64,000 bases of DNA from Chrysemys picta bellii (Eukaryota), in contig NC_088810.1 in assembly GCF_011386835.1 (NCBI RefSeq), forward strand, positions 17,856,001 to 17,920,000, read 5' to 3'. A program made the translations under genes and the position numbers. The stretch's first letter is position 1, and the number at the start of each line of letters is the position of its first letter. Of the stretch, positions 1-20,484 are shown in pieces. The notes beneath the pieces were generated by a model. The model was not told the DNA's origin and searched no databases. It worked only from the letters and a program-made list of their open reading frames with translations.

Positions 1-96
1 TGATGCCAATTTGCATCGGTGCATTCATCAGCCATGTATGCAAATATGGTGAGAAAGTTCTTCACTTTTTCAACTGTTGAGTCTTTCACTGTTGCA

Positions 97-1072
97 TAGG
101 GTTACCATAGTTTGTGCCTCCAAAAGGAGGACACTCCACGGGGCCCTGGCCCCGCCCCAGCCCCGCCCCCTCCCCCACCCCAACTCCGCCCCCTCCCCAA
201 AGTCTCCGCCCCCTCCCCTGCTTCCCGCGAACATTTGATTCACGGGAAGCCTGGGCAGGTAAGGGGGGGTGTGGGGGGAGGAGGTGCGGCCCAGGCTGGC
301 CCCCCCCGGCGGCTCCAGCCTGGGTCGGCTCGGGCCCTGGGGTGCCGGCCCTGGCCCCCGGCCGACCACCCCCGGCCCGCCCAGCACTGCCGGCCGGCCC
401 CCGGCGGCCCAGCGCACCCCCCCGGATCCCGGCCCCGGCGGCCCAGTGCACCCCCCCGGATCCCGGCCCCGGCGGCCCGACCCCGCGGCCCAGCGCACCC
501 CCCCGGCGGCCCGGCCCCGCGGCCCAGCGCACCCCCCCGGCGGCCCGACCCGGCGGCCCGGCTCCCGGCCCGACCCCCCGGCCCCGCGGCCCAGCGCACC
601 CCCCCCGCGGCCCAGCGCACCCCCCCGGCGGCCCGGCCCCCCGGCCCGGCTCCCGGCCTGGCCCAGCGCACCCCCGCGGCCCGGCTCCCGGCCCACCCCC
701 CCGGCGGCCCGGCTCCCGGCCCGACCCCGCGAACCCCCCTGGCCCCCCGGCCCCGCGCACCCCCTCGGCGGCCTGGCTCCCGGCCCGACCCCCCGGCCCC
801 GCGGCCCAGCGCACCCCCCCCAGCGGCCCGGCTCCCGGCCTGACCCCCCGGCTCCCGGCCCCGCGGCCCAGCGCACCCCCTCGGCGGCCCGACCCCGCGG
901 CCCCGGCCCGGCACTGCGCCCCTGGACCCCGGCCCGGCACCGCGACCCCAGCCCAGCCCTCCCTCCCGATTTTCCCGGACATGCCCGGCTTTTGGGGATT
1001 TCCCCCCGGACGGGGATTTGAGCCCCCAAAAGCCGGACATGTCCGGGAAAATCCGGACGTATGGTAACCCTA
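97..1072. mobile_element. Non-autonomous hAT (Blackjack-like) element with GC-rich minisatellite interior
   Basis: Terminal inverted repeats (TIRs) TAGGGTTACCATA / TATGGTAACCCTA; perfect 8-bp TSD CTGTTGCA at 89-96 and 1073-1080. Confidence 0.9.
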
Positions 1073-2200
1073 CTGTTGCACCACATGCTTCTAGCCACTC
1101 TGAGTTTCTTGCAGAAAGATAGTGAGCATTTGCTGTTCTTGTTCAGTACTGTGTTCAACTTCAGGATGAACTATTGACAATGCACTTAACATTGCCCACC
1201 AGTTTGTAGTGTGTGGTATCTCTTGCTTAAATAGAAAGTATGATGCCACAGCCATGTTTGTTCGCATGAACTGTGTTGTGTCTCCAGCATTCTTAACAGC
1301 CTCATTAACACTCACCAGTGTTGTCCTTGGTCAGTGGAGACTCAGAGTTCAGAGGTGCTTTCACATGAGTTCTTCTCCCAGGTAGTGGGCAAGAAGGCAC
1401 CTTGCTCATTGTTCGCTCTGGCCTCTGTTGTTCGTTGCGCCACCGTTCACTCCATTGCTCTGTTGCCAATGGCCCTGCGCCGTCACCTTCTGCTGCCACC
1501 TGCCACTGTGACCTCTGCGAGTTGGTCTCTTGAGGTTCCACCCAGCTCTGTGATTTCAGCTGAGCTCTCAGTGCGGGAACCTCGCTGCTAGTGCAGACTG
1601 GGCCGTCTCTTCCACAGAAACACTGTCCCACAGCAGGACTAAGCATTTAGACCTGATTATCAGTGATTTCAGCTGCAGTGGTCACTTAACAGAACAAGAC
1701 TCTCTCTGGAGCCTAATCAGCTCTGTCTTTAAACAGTGGAGCGGGTCTAATAGTACTTGTGACTCAGGCAGACCATCAAGCAAAACACCTGTCCCCACCC
1801 TCGCTCTTGATGTCCTCAATCAGCACAGGCTAAGTACAATTCTACTGCCCTTTACTCATACAATAAGAACAATAGTTCATTACCGCCGGCATTCAAGTGA
1901 TTTGTAACCTCAGCCAAAATCTATCGCTTGGGCAACACAGCTCTGTTTGCTGGACACCTGGGTAGATTAGGTATGAAGGTAAATACAATCTGGTCCTGAA
2001 GCCTCTCCCTCCAGCCCCAGCTCATCACTAGCTGTCAGGGAGACCTCATTTAGTCTTTGATTACAAATCATAATTTGAAAGGATTAGGTTGGCCAACATC
2101 ACCGAAATGAATGCACTGACATTGTCGTAAAAAACAGCTGTATAAGAAAGATAGTCTATGTTCATACTTTTCAAATTGATGATACTTTTTCAGATGCATT

Positions 2201-2384
2201 TTTCAGAGTAGCAGCCGTGTTAGTCTGTATCCGCACATGCTCTCTGTATGTGTGTGTATATATATCTCCTCAATATATGTTTCACTCGATATGCATCCGA
2301 AGAAGTGGGCTGTAGTCCACGAAAGCTTATGCTCTAATAAATTTGTTAGTCTCTAAGGTGCCACAAGTACTCCTGTTCTTTTTT
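2201..2384. mobile_element. Penelope-like terminal-repeat fragment in inverted arrangement
   Basis: TTTCAGAGTAGCAGCCGTGTTAGTCTGTATCCGCA forward, then the reverse complement of AAAAGAACAGGAGTACTTGTGGCACCTTAGAGACTAAC... I recognise this as an abundant turtle repeat; the family assignment is from memory. Confidence 0.6.
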
Positions 2385-4970
2385 CAGATACATGTATTTT
2401 ATCATACACTTTATATGCTTTTAAAGTGTGTATTAATGTTTCAATTTCAATTCAAATTTCCAAACAATCACAAAATTGGCAACACTGCATGTAACGAGTT
2501 CACAAAACTGGGGGCGTGTTGGGGAAATTCGGGGAGGGGGGGGTAGGGAAATCCCTGGTCCGGGGCAGAGAGGAGAATCGAACTGAGGGAGCTGTGCAAT
2601 ATGTTTACTTGTAATATGCTGTTCAGCCACTAGATGTCTCCATCTGCAGCACAGCGCTCCAGGCAAGTTGTAGGTCCCTGGCAAACCCGGGAGATAAAGT
2701 TGGAACGCAAGCTGTGCGGAAGCTTGTTTGCTTGCGTGCATGGTTGTGTTCCTTTAAACAATGCCTCCTGTTGAGAGGGACTGAAGTTCCGTATCTCAGG
2801 GCAGGGAGATGAAAACTGAAGGTGGGTATTTAAACCAAAATACCCTGCTTCCTAGCATCTTCCTGTGAAGAGTCCCAGCAGGCCCTCTGTTAACGGGAAT
2901 GGCTAATGCAGGGCTCTTGTTGTCTTGTCTCCAAAACATGCCCTGGTCACCTGGAACTGTGTCACTGCTCTGTTTTTACAATGTAAGTCCTTTGGGGCAG
3001 GGTCCCAGATCTCCCTGTGTGTTAACGGAGGCCTCTGAGCACTGGCTGCACTAGGAATAAATAATAATGTAGTGTGCGGTTATTCTCTACCCCAGCTCTT
3101 GAGGGACCAGCAGAATCGGTCCCTGGATCATTGTATTGTGTGGGACAGGAAGGGTAAAGTTGGGAGCAAATCTCAGTGGGGTTGATGGGAATGCTTGTTA
3201 GGCAGAACCTGCAATGGCCTGGTGTGTAAGAACTGGGCTCTGATTGCAGGCATGGAAAGGGCGAGACAGGAGACAGAGCTGGGGTAATAAGCCACTTGCT
3301 TTCTCCTTTGATCAGTTGTGCCAAGCACAGCGCCCCCTGGTGGGCTGAAGGAGGCAGTTGTTTTTGACGCTGTTTCTCCCTGCCTGTTTTTTGACTAATA
3401 GCCAAGGCTGCTTCCTTGTTGCAAGTCACTTGCTTTCCTCCATGCCTTGCCAAGGGACGGGCTGCTTCATGAACTGCTGACCCTGCGTGTGCATCAGGCC
3501 AGAAAGCACCTTTACTCAGAGAGCAGGAGTCAACTTTTCTGGTCTGCTGAGTGCCGTCCTCTGCCCTGAGCCACTGCTACAGGCGGGGAGAGGAACCCTT
3601 TGTCTGCCGGTGAGCACGTTTCCACACTGCAGGGGCTTTGCTCCTCCACTCCCATGTCCCGGCCGATGTCGCTGTTTTTAATTATTTGTAGTATTAAAGC
3701 ACCTGGTTACGACCAGGGCTCTGTCGGTGCTGGACAAACACAGAACAAAGACAGTGCCTGCCCCAAAGAGCCTCCAATCTAAATAGCAGGGAATCTGCTC
3801 CCCAGGGGGTGGGGTTCTTCTGTGGGTTGGGGGAGCCAGTGTTGCTCTGGGAATGGAAAAATGCGGCTTGACTGCAGTCAGCTGCGTGGTGACTGTAACG
3901 CCCCACAACCACAAAGATTGGTTGAGACGCAGTTAAGTGCAGTTCAAAGGATACTCTGAATTAAACACATCCTTCCCCCCCCCCCTTCCCCCCAAAGCAT
4001 TAAAAACTGGAAATCGGTAAATTTAACATGCTAATCAACAACTCCGGCACACAGACCATTTTGCAGTGATCAGCATCCAAATAACCTTAACTCTGCCCTG
4101 GATTTGTGTTTGGCCTTTAGAGCCCAATCCAACTCCTCCTCTTTCCTTGGACTTCAATGGGATTTGGACTGGGCCCCTCCTTGGTTTAACATTCCAAGAT
4201 GTTATAAGAGGTATGATTGCAGCTTGGGTTGGCATCCCCACCTAGTTTTCATCTAGCTAGCATGGCTAAAGATAGCAGTGAAGATGCCGCGGCAGCTAAG
4301 GATGGTGTATTAAAACTGTGTCAACAATTGTAGGCTGTCACTTGAGATTTCAAGGTTTTTCCAGCTGCTGTGGGCAGGTTACAGGGCTCCGTAGGGAAAC
4401 GTGCAATCTGGGTCTAGCAGCAGTCAATCCACGCCTGCGTTTGCGTCTGTTTTGGGGGGGTTGTGTGTGTTCTCGTTCTGAATTCTAAGCAAGAAAGTTG
4501 TGTTAAGTTGCAACCTTCCAGGGAGGGGCATTATGTTTTTTTTTTTTTTTTTAAATCTAACTTCCCTATGTGTCTGCTGCGAATATACGCCTGGGTACGT
4601 ACTCGCATTACTGGCCCACACCAGGCTCCATGCCAGCCGGGTCTTTGCTGCTACCGTTAGCCATGATAGCTATATTAAAGCTAGCCCTGGTGGGCCTACC
4701 CGAGCTGCAGTCCCCCACCGGTTGCAGGGCCGACCTACACTCAATTATCCAAATGGAGGGTATGCATTTATTATTTGCTCTGTTCCATCAGATCTGATGG
4801 CTGGGTATGACCCACCTACTCCCTATCTTTACTGTCATGGCCCTGGTTTTGTGGCTTGTTGAGTCTGTGTCGGTACAGCAGCGTGGTCTCTAATGGTATT
4901 TTGTCTAATTAAGGGTGACATGGAATTATTTTGCTCTCTGGAAAAAGACCGCTGTTCCCTCCTGCTTATT

Positions 4971-5260
4971 CATAGATCAGTAGACGGTAAGGCCGGAAGG
5001 GGCTGTTAGATCATCTCGTCTGACCTCCTGTATAGCACAAGCCAGAGAACTTCACCCAGTGACTGCTGGATAGAGCCCACTAGTCTGTGTCTGGCTAACA
5101 CGTCCCTTCCAGAAAGGCAGCCGGATTGTGTTAGAAGATAAGGTGTGGGGAAGCAACGTAATCACCCTCGCTGGTCAAAGTTGGTGCCTGATTCCTAATC
5201 TGAATTTGTGTGGCTTTAACCGCTGGCTGTTGGGCTTTGTTCTGCCTTTCTGCACTAGAA
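4971..5260 (-). mobile_element. Old CR1 LINE 3' fragment
   Basis: Starts with CATAGA followed by ggaagggg..agatcatctcgtctgacctcctg, i.e. a reversed CR1 3' UTR. Confidence 0.55.
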
Positions 5261-5584
5261 GGTGCCGTAACACTCAGAACAGAGCTGGGCTTCTTATCCA
5301 GCCCTGGGTGCCCCTCCCATCCAGCAATATGGGAGTGGAGCCCCCGGACACCTTGTTGTCACCTCCCCCAGGTTAGACCCGCCTAATAGAACTAGGTAAG
5401 ATGGTGCAATTCTCCATCGCTTATGCAGTCCCTTACAGCAGCGCAAGCCCGAGGTCAAATGTCGCCAACTTAACATGGCAGCGTTTTTTGCAGTGGTTGA
5501 AATGATTCCATAAGCTATAGGGCAATGAAAGATAGTCGCACTGCTTCTGGCCTTAGTGGGAAGGGCCCCAGGCTGTGACCCAAA

Positions 5585-5730
5585 AGACTTGGGTTCTATA
5601 ACCCGGCTCTGCCACTGGCCTACTGGGCGACCTTGGGCGAGTCGTGTCCCGGCTCTGTGCCTCAGTTTCCCCATTTCCACCGTGAAGCCGTTTGAGACCT
5701 GTGGATGAAAAGCGCTGGATCAGATTAGCC
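5585..5730 (+). mobile_element. CORE/MIR-like SINE (many similar fragments elsewhere, e.g. ~8575, 9130, 17800, 39815, 46780, 49980, 63760)
   Basis: gggttcta..ggctctgccact..accttgggc..ctctgtgcctcagtttcccc core. Confidence 0.6.
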
Positions 5731-7096
5731 GGGCAGATGACATTGGGGTCACCTTGAGCGGCTCGTATCTGTATGGAACGCCGTACTTTGGTATGAATAA
5801 GAGGAAGGTTTTCTGACCAGTTCGACGGGGAAGCCACGGGATGCGTGGATAAGAGTCATTCAGGCTGGGATGATGCGCGAAGCAGCTGATGAGCTAGTTG
5901 CCAGGTTCCTGTTAAATTTAATCCAGTCCTTGGGGCAGTTTTGAAATTCCCAGGCACCGATTTTCTAGCTAATGCCTTTACGTAGACGGGAAGCTCTTTG
6001 GGGGAAGGACTGTCTATTTGTTCTATGTGCAGCGCCCTGGGGCCCTACTCCATGATCGGGGCTCCTAGGTGTTACTGTAGAAGAGTGGAACACATCTGCT
6101 GGATCTCTTTGGTTCCATCCCTTGCTACAGCCAGCCCAAATGGCATTCAGAGGCCTATGGAAACCTGAGTCCTGCCCTTAAAGGCACATAGAGTCAAATC
6201 CCACTTGGCCCTGAATCCGATCTCCCTTCTGCTCCCCTGCAGCTGTGACCGCTTCAGTCCCGCTCCGCAGCAAGCTACGCATATGAGTCAATTGCTGAGA
6301 AACCTCTTGGCTGGCCCTGGGGCTTGAACCTGGGCCCTCCCTAGCTAAGCACATGAGTCTCCAGGGGTTCTCCGGACAAATTATTCGGTGGCCTCAGAGT
6401 GCGGCCACCAACCTTTCTGGTGGCCACGCTCACACTTGTTCTTAAAATACTTGATTAGCTTTAGGAAAACCAACAAATGATGCACATCCCCACGTCCAAC
6501 GCATTGTAGTGTATTTATGGCGAGCTAGTCAGTCTGGTGTGAAAAGTGATATTAACAAACCTACGTGTATCACTTTTCACAGCAGACTTACTCGGCCCCA
6601 GCAAGCCTGGGGACATATTAAGCCCTGGATGGGGGGGTCGGGAGAGGCAGCGGGAGCCAGGGGAGATTGGGGGGGGGAGAGGGTTGCCAGGGCAGACAGT
6701 TGGGGGCTGGAGCCTGCAGCCCCACAGACAGAGCCTGCTGCCCCCCTCCCCAAAGCTGAAGCCTGAGCCCCATGCCCCTGGGAAGGTGGGGAACTGACCG
6801 GCTGCCTGTTCCTTCAGCTTTGTGCTCCAGGGGTCTCCAGATGGGGGCATGGCCCAACCCCTGCTGGTGGCCCCAGCAACCAACACCAAGAGGGTGCATT
6901 GCTGCCCTCCCGGCTCCCACAGTCCCAGCCCAGGAGCCTGTGTGGCCACGAGAAAAGCCCCTAGAAACACTGCTCTACAACAGGCACAGGGGGGGATGTG
7001 TAACGCCTGCTGATCCGCAGCTCCTCCACGGCTGTAATTGGTGGGTTCAGTGCCTGGGCCTGGGCCGGGTGGATGTGTGGTTGCGGGGAGAGAGGG

Positions 7097-7098
<2 letters not shown>

Positions 7099-7144
<46 letters not shown>
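7099..7144. repeat. (GT)23 microsatellite followed by a short (CT)n run
   Basis: Read directly from the sequence. Confidence 0.98.
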
Positions 7145-7145
<1 letters not shown>

Positions 7146-7791
7146 TCTCTCTCTTAAGCTGTAGCCACTTCTGAGCTCTGGAGGTCACTGGGTCAATCCC
7201 CCGGTGCCTCCGCTAAGAGGTGGCATCACGCAAGTAGCGAGCTGACCCATGGGGGCCAGGCCCAGCCTTGCATTGACCCAAGTGACTCCTGCAGCTAGTT
7301 ACGGGGTTAAATTGCCCAGGGGCTGAGCGCCCGCAGCTCCGATCTGCCGCAGCTGGAACAAGGGGCGCTCGGGGCCGAAGGTCAGCCCCTTCTGGGACTA
7401 ATCCTGCCGGGGGTGACCTGCCCCAAAGCCAGAGGAAACGCGGGGTGCTCAAGACCTCCTTGGCTACGACCCTCCATGGGTTGCGGATGGATTCGGTAGG
7501 GGCGGTGGGGACTCTACGGGGCGTCATTAAAAGCGAAGTGTCCTTTGGGCTTCCCCGGCGAGGTTCAGCGCCCGCCCAATCTGGGGCAGGGCGGGGATTG
7601 TGTGCTCTGGGATGGGGGTGTATGCTCAGGAAATCTGGGCCCTACTGGGGCTTTAGGGGAGGGATAGACACAGCCCCCCACCCCCAAGTTCTCCCCTGCA
7701 CCCGCTTTGGCCAGGTGCAAATGACTCCCCAGGGGGCAAGGCCGGGTGAGACCTGGGCCTGTGAAGCACCGAGGTGACTAAGTTCTGCAGA

Positions 7792-7950
7792 TCATGTGAA
7801 ACCGAACACCCAGCCAGCACCGCTCCCTGCAGCCCGCCCCACTCCCCGGCCAGGCCCATATGCAAATCTGAGTAAACCCTGCATGAAACTGACAGCCCAT
7901 ATTTTCCAGCCGCCTGCTCGACTTCCTCAATCCAGCCAGCATAAAAAGAA
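7792..7950 (+). promoter_or_regulatory. CTSK proximal promoter motif cluster (M-box, octamer, AP-1-like, NFAT, ETS/PU.1, TATA-like)
   Basis: TCATGTGA 7792-7799; ATGCAAAT 7860-7867; TGAGTAA 7869-7875; TTTTCCA (TGGAAAA on -) 7902-7908; ACTTCCT (AGGAAGT on -) 7921-7927; CATAAAA 7940-7946. Confidence 0.65.
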
Positions 7951-7969
7951 CTAGCAGGCGAGCAGAGGT

Positions 7970-8063
7970 GCAACATCGCGGCTCTCATCTCCGCTTGGCG
8001 TCTCTTCGGGGCACGGAGAAGGGGTTGCTAACTTTGGTATCCGAAAGCAGCCATGACTTACAG
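7970..8063 (+). other. CTSK: Probable CTSK exon 1 (5' boundary approximate)
   Basis: Strong donor CAG|GTGAGC at 8063/8064. A TATA-like CATAAAA at 7940 and a dense transcription-factor motif cluster lie just upstream. Exon 2 has only 1 nt before its ATG, so an upstream exon is required. Confidence 0.7.
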
Positions 8064-10070
8064 GTGAGCCCCGCTTTCCTTCTTAGCAGCAGAGGGGGAT
8101 CTGATAGCGCTCCAGACATAGCCGCCAGGGTACCTGTGGGGTACGATGCAGAAAGCTTCTCCTACCTGTGCCCTGTGGTACAGATTACAGAGTTTTCCTT
8201 GGGGAGCAGAAGAGGTTTCATAACCCCAGGCAGTAGCTTTTGCTGCTCTCAGAATAGGTTCTTTGTTCGCTTTCATTTCCTTCTTCCCCCAAGCAGCAGG
8301 ACCAGCCTGCAGAGGCCTGGGGCAGTTTAAGAAGTTTGCTGCTGGGGCTGAAATTCGCCCAGGCCCAGGGGAACGGAAGCAGTTTGGGAGCCCGGGTTGA
8401 TAGCCCGGCTTGTAAACCGAACGGGGAGTCTGGCTTGTTGTTAGTTTTATGGGATCGCTTGGAGGCTTTCCTGGGCTTCCATTGAGCTAGGTCCGGTGCA
8501 TACTTGGAGTGAGAAACAGCCCCCGCCCTCAAGGGCCTCCACTCAGAATTGACCAGGCAGACAAAAGGTGAGAGAGGGGAAACTGAGGCACGGAACAGGA
8601 GACGTGACTTCTCCTAGGGTCAGCCAGAGACAGAACCCAGATGCTCTGCGCCCAGTCCAGTGCTCCAGCCATTAGACCGCTCTGGTGGTCCCTGATTTCT
8701 GAAGGATTTAGCAAGCTGAGCTCAGCCCGGGGAAGGCGGGTGGTGGCAGAGCGGGAGGAGCCGTCCGTTCATCCTGGGTCCCTTGCACGCTGGGTGTCGG
8801 GCAGGGCTGGAGGGTGGACGCGGGCAGAGGGAGCTGAGGTGAGCGTGACAGTGGTGATAACGCTGGCTGTGACGTGGGAGCTCGGGGCTTGATCCCAGGA
8901 GCTGCCGAGGGCAGGAGCGACCGTCAGGGGACTTGCATTCTACACCCAGCTCCTTGCCCCTGGGACACGTCCCTTCCCCACGCTGCCCTGCATTTGCTAG
9001 GCTGGGAAATGGGGAAAGCAGGCTTAAGGGGAGGCAGGGCTGCCCAGTGATTAGAGCAACTGGACCGGCAGCCAGGACACCTGGGTTCTTTTTCCCAGCA
9101 GGGCCGCTGACTTGCTGCAAGACCTCGGGCCAGTCCGGGGCTCATTCTGTGCCTCAGTTTCCCCATCTGTAAGATGGCGAGAACGTTACCCGCCTGTGGG
9201 AAATGCCTTGAACTGGGGGGAGCTGAGGCAGCAATGAGCCGTGGTGGGTTTTATCCCGGGCCGGCCTTCGCCAGGCTGCGCTGCTGTGAAGGAGAGTTAA
9301 CGAGCCCCGCCGGCTTGCCCTGCATTCCTCCAGAATCTCCCAGGCCTCCGCCAAAAGGCCCTAATGGGAAACAGCTGCTGGGGCTCACGTGACGGCTGCT
9401 TGTGCATCCGACGGGGGGGTCCAGGGGCTGGGATCCGGCTGGTGAAAGAAGAGTCTGGTTCAGGTTTTCACTGACCGGCCCTGTGTAAACCCCTCCCCCT
9501 GGCCAGGCTTTGGGGAGTGGAGTGCTTCTGAGGGCTCCGTGTCGCCAGAATTCAGGAGCAAAGTCCTCATTCTAGTCACGGGGCAGGCGCGGTGCGGGAT
9601 GGGGCAGGGCCGGAGCCCCTCCCCGGCCCCGCAGCAACGCTAGGCCCCAGCTACCCGCAGCCGCAGGGGTAACGCACAGGAGGCAATCGCTCGAGCTGCA
9701 GCTGGGTTAGAACAGGGCGCTAACGCCTGCCGGTGGCATGACACCCCCTCCCCTGTGGGTCATCGGCCGGGTTTGAACTTTCAGCTCCGCAGCCCGGACT
9801 TCCACCACTGGAGCTAAAAGGGCAGCTCTGGCAGCTGTAGTAGGCTGTTGTCCTCTATGCGGACTGGCCAGTAGAGGGGGACCTGGCCTGCATTTTGCCA
9901 TGTGTTGTGCATGCAGGGGGTGCAACCTATACAGTGCCAGGGGGATCTGTACTGACCCAGTGCGGTTGGAGGTTGTCCGGGGTGGGGTGTGTGTCTCGTG
10001 TCGCTTTATCCTGTCCAATGCTGACCTCCTACATTGCCCTGCTCATGGCTTTCCCCTCCGCCCTCGCAGG

Positions 10071-18448
<8,378 letters not shown>

Positions 18449-19241
18449 GCCCGCCGCCCCGAGCACTGTTCCAAAGAAGCGGCTGGATTCCTGAGCTGGC
18501 ATCGTGGAGTATCCGCATCTCTGACTCAGCGTCCGCGGCTGTCTCCTCCTCGGCTTCTGTACTAGCCTTTCGTGCTTGCCATTTTTTATACTCTGCCCTT
18601 CTCCTCTTGATTTGCAAAGTCAGACGCGGGATCGTCCCTGTTCTAGGAGCCCCCCTCCCCCCCAAAAAAACCGTAGCCATCTCCCTCCCCCTGGGATGCG
18701 TGGGTGAAAGAATCAGTCTCTGCGGACAACAGATGCCATTGTGGGGATTAGAACTCTCGCCCAGCAGCTCCGGAGGAGCAGGTCTCTACCCATATGAGCT
18801 GTAGAACTCTAGCCACCGCGTCTCCAAAATCCTGGATTTGCTCCGTGGCCCCGGCGTCCCTCATTCATATGCACCAGTCCCCGTTACAGCCTGTGTGATG
18901 CACGCCCTGCTGCTGAGTTCTGTCCTGCCCCACTGTAGGGACAGACAGACGCACACAGCTGAGAGGGATCGCGTAACCCAGATTCTGAACCCTTGGGATG
19001 CAGCAGCAAAAGGGGGGAGGTGGCCTGGATTCCACCTCTGGCGGGGTTCTGCAGGTGGCTTCATGTTTCCCCCTGTCCTTGTTCCACTGGAGACGTTGCC
19101 TCTCTGGGGTTGGAAGGGGAGGATGCTTTGCTGTGTTCTAGCACATATGGCAGCAGCTGTGCCCACCCCGTATCCCATGCACACTTGCAGCCCTACTCCG
19201 GTGTGACAGGTTCTGGTGAGACTGACATGATTTTGTTTTTA

Positions 19242-19247
19242 AATAAA
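19242..19247 (+). terminator. Candidate CTSK polyadenylation signal AATAAA
   Basis: First canonical AATAAA I found downstream of the stop, about 800 nt after it. Confidence 0.6.
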
Positions 19248-20484
19248 CCCAGTTGGGAATAACCCGTCCCTTGCTTGGTGGTTTGCTCTGTATCCCGGCT
19301 GAATCGTCACTGGGGCATTGATTCAATGTTGCCAATAGCATCTACAAATACAGATCTCCCGGTTTGGTGTCAGGTTGGGTAGTGCGAGGTGACACCCCGG
19401 CCCTGTTCGTTGCTTGCCTGTCCTGTTAAGCCTCGACCAGGATTCCCTTGGGCCTTCCATTGGAGGAGCTCAACGCTCTTTGAAAGCATTACAAATACAG
19501 GGTAGTCCCTGCCGCCCGATGAGGCGGCTAACACAGCCGATCAAAAACTTTGCATCCAAACTGTAGGTGGAAAATTGGATGTTTGACAAAATGAAATATT
19601 TTGCAGAGAGTCTCTGCCTGCTTCCCGCGGAAAGCTTTGATGTTTTTCTGCAAACAAAAACAAAGGCCTGAAAATGGAACAATATGGAGTCTCACCCCTG
19701 CTGCCATGCCTCATGGGAGTTGTAGTCCAGCTGCCTCATGTACCCACTCTCCTCTGTGGGGCAGGCTCCGGAGCAGGACTTCATCTCCCATGATGCACTG
19801 TGGTCATGGGACTCTTATGATGCCTGGCCTCACCACTCCAAGAGGGGAGATTATGATGCATCATGGGATATGTAGTCTGAGCAGGGAATCGGTCTATGGA
19901 GGAGAGTGGAGGCAGGAGGCATCTGAGCTCCAGCCCCCATGAGGCTCCATGGAAGCATTTCCAAATTGAACTATTTTGCCTTTTTTGATTTTTTTTCCAA
20001 TGAAACTGTTGACATTTTCCATGGGGAGGGGAGAAACCATTTTCTCACCAGCTCTAGTGGGTAAACATTATCTCAATGTTACAATCACAAAAGAGCCAGA
20101 TTGTGATCATGCTGGGCAGCCCAGCATGAGAACCACAGGGTCAGTCTGCAGCCAGCAGCCTCCGTAACGAGTCCCTTTGTGCTCGTGACAGGCCAGTCTC
20201 TTCTGTGTGGGACACGATCTCTACTGGGCTTGCTTCACCCATTGGTGCAATGCAGCCACCTGTGGGGTGACCCTTTGGTAGCATCCGAGGACTGATCACA
20301 AGGCGAGAGGGCTACAGCTCTAGCAAACGGGTTTGCATTGGGTTGTTTCACTGACGAAGCTGCAGACCAGGGCCCCACTCATGAGAGAAGGGGCGATCCA
20401 GACCGCCCAGGGCAACAGAGAGAGAATCAGACCATTGCACCAAATGCAACCCCCTTCCCTGATTCTTCACACTTAAAACTCCAT

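Larger units (their letters stand above)
1..2557 (-). mobile_element. Decayed hAT-superfamily DNA transposon with transposase remnants, interrupted by later insertions
   Basis: The minus strand reads WLEACGATVKDSTVEKVKNFLTIFAYMADECTDA (hAT DE-x-TD catalytic motif) across the MITE insertion, and further upstream YFLFKQEIPHTTNW. Possible terminus gggaaatccctg at ~2557. Confidence 0.65.

Noticed and set aside
380-900. Repeat-spacer-like pattern resembling a CRISPR array
   Set aside because: The units are degenerate, the intervening sequences are themselves repeated, the context is vertebrate and there are no cas genes.
70-1158. Several overlapping 240-360 aa ORFs on both strands
   Set aside because: Gly/Pro/Ala/Arg low-complexity translations of a GC-rich minisatellite inside a MITE bounded by TIRs and a TSD. 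Stop codons are rare for compositional reasons. The same applies to 23466-24265 and 30632-31336.
1-7790. 3' exons of ARNT, expected upstream of CTSK by synteny
   Set aside because: No ARNT-like coding sequence is recognisable; the region is mostly transposon-derived.
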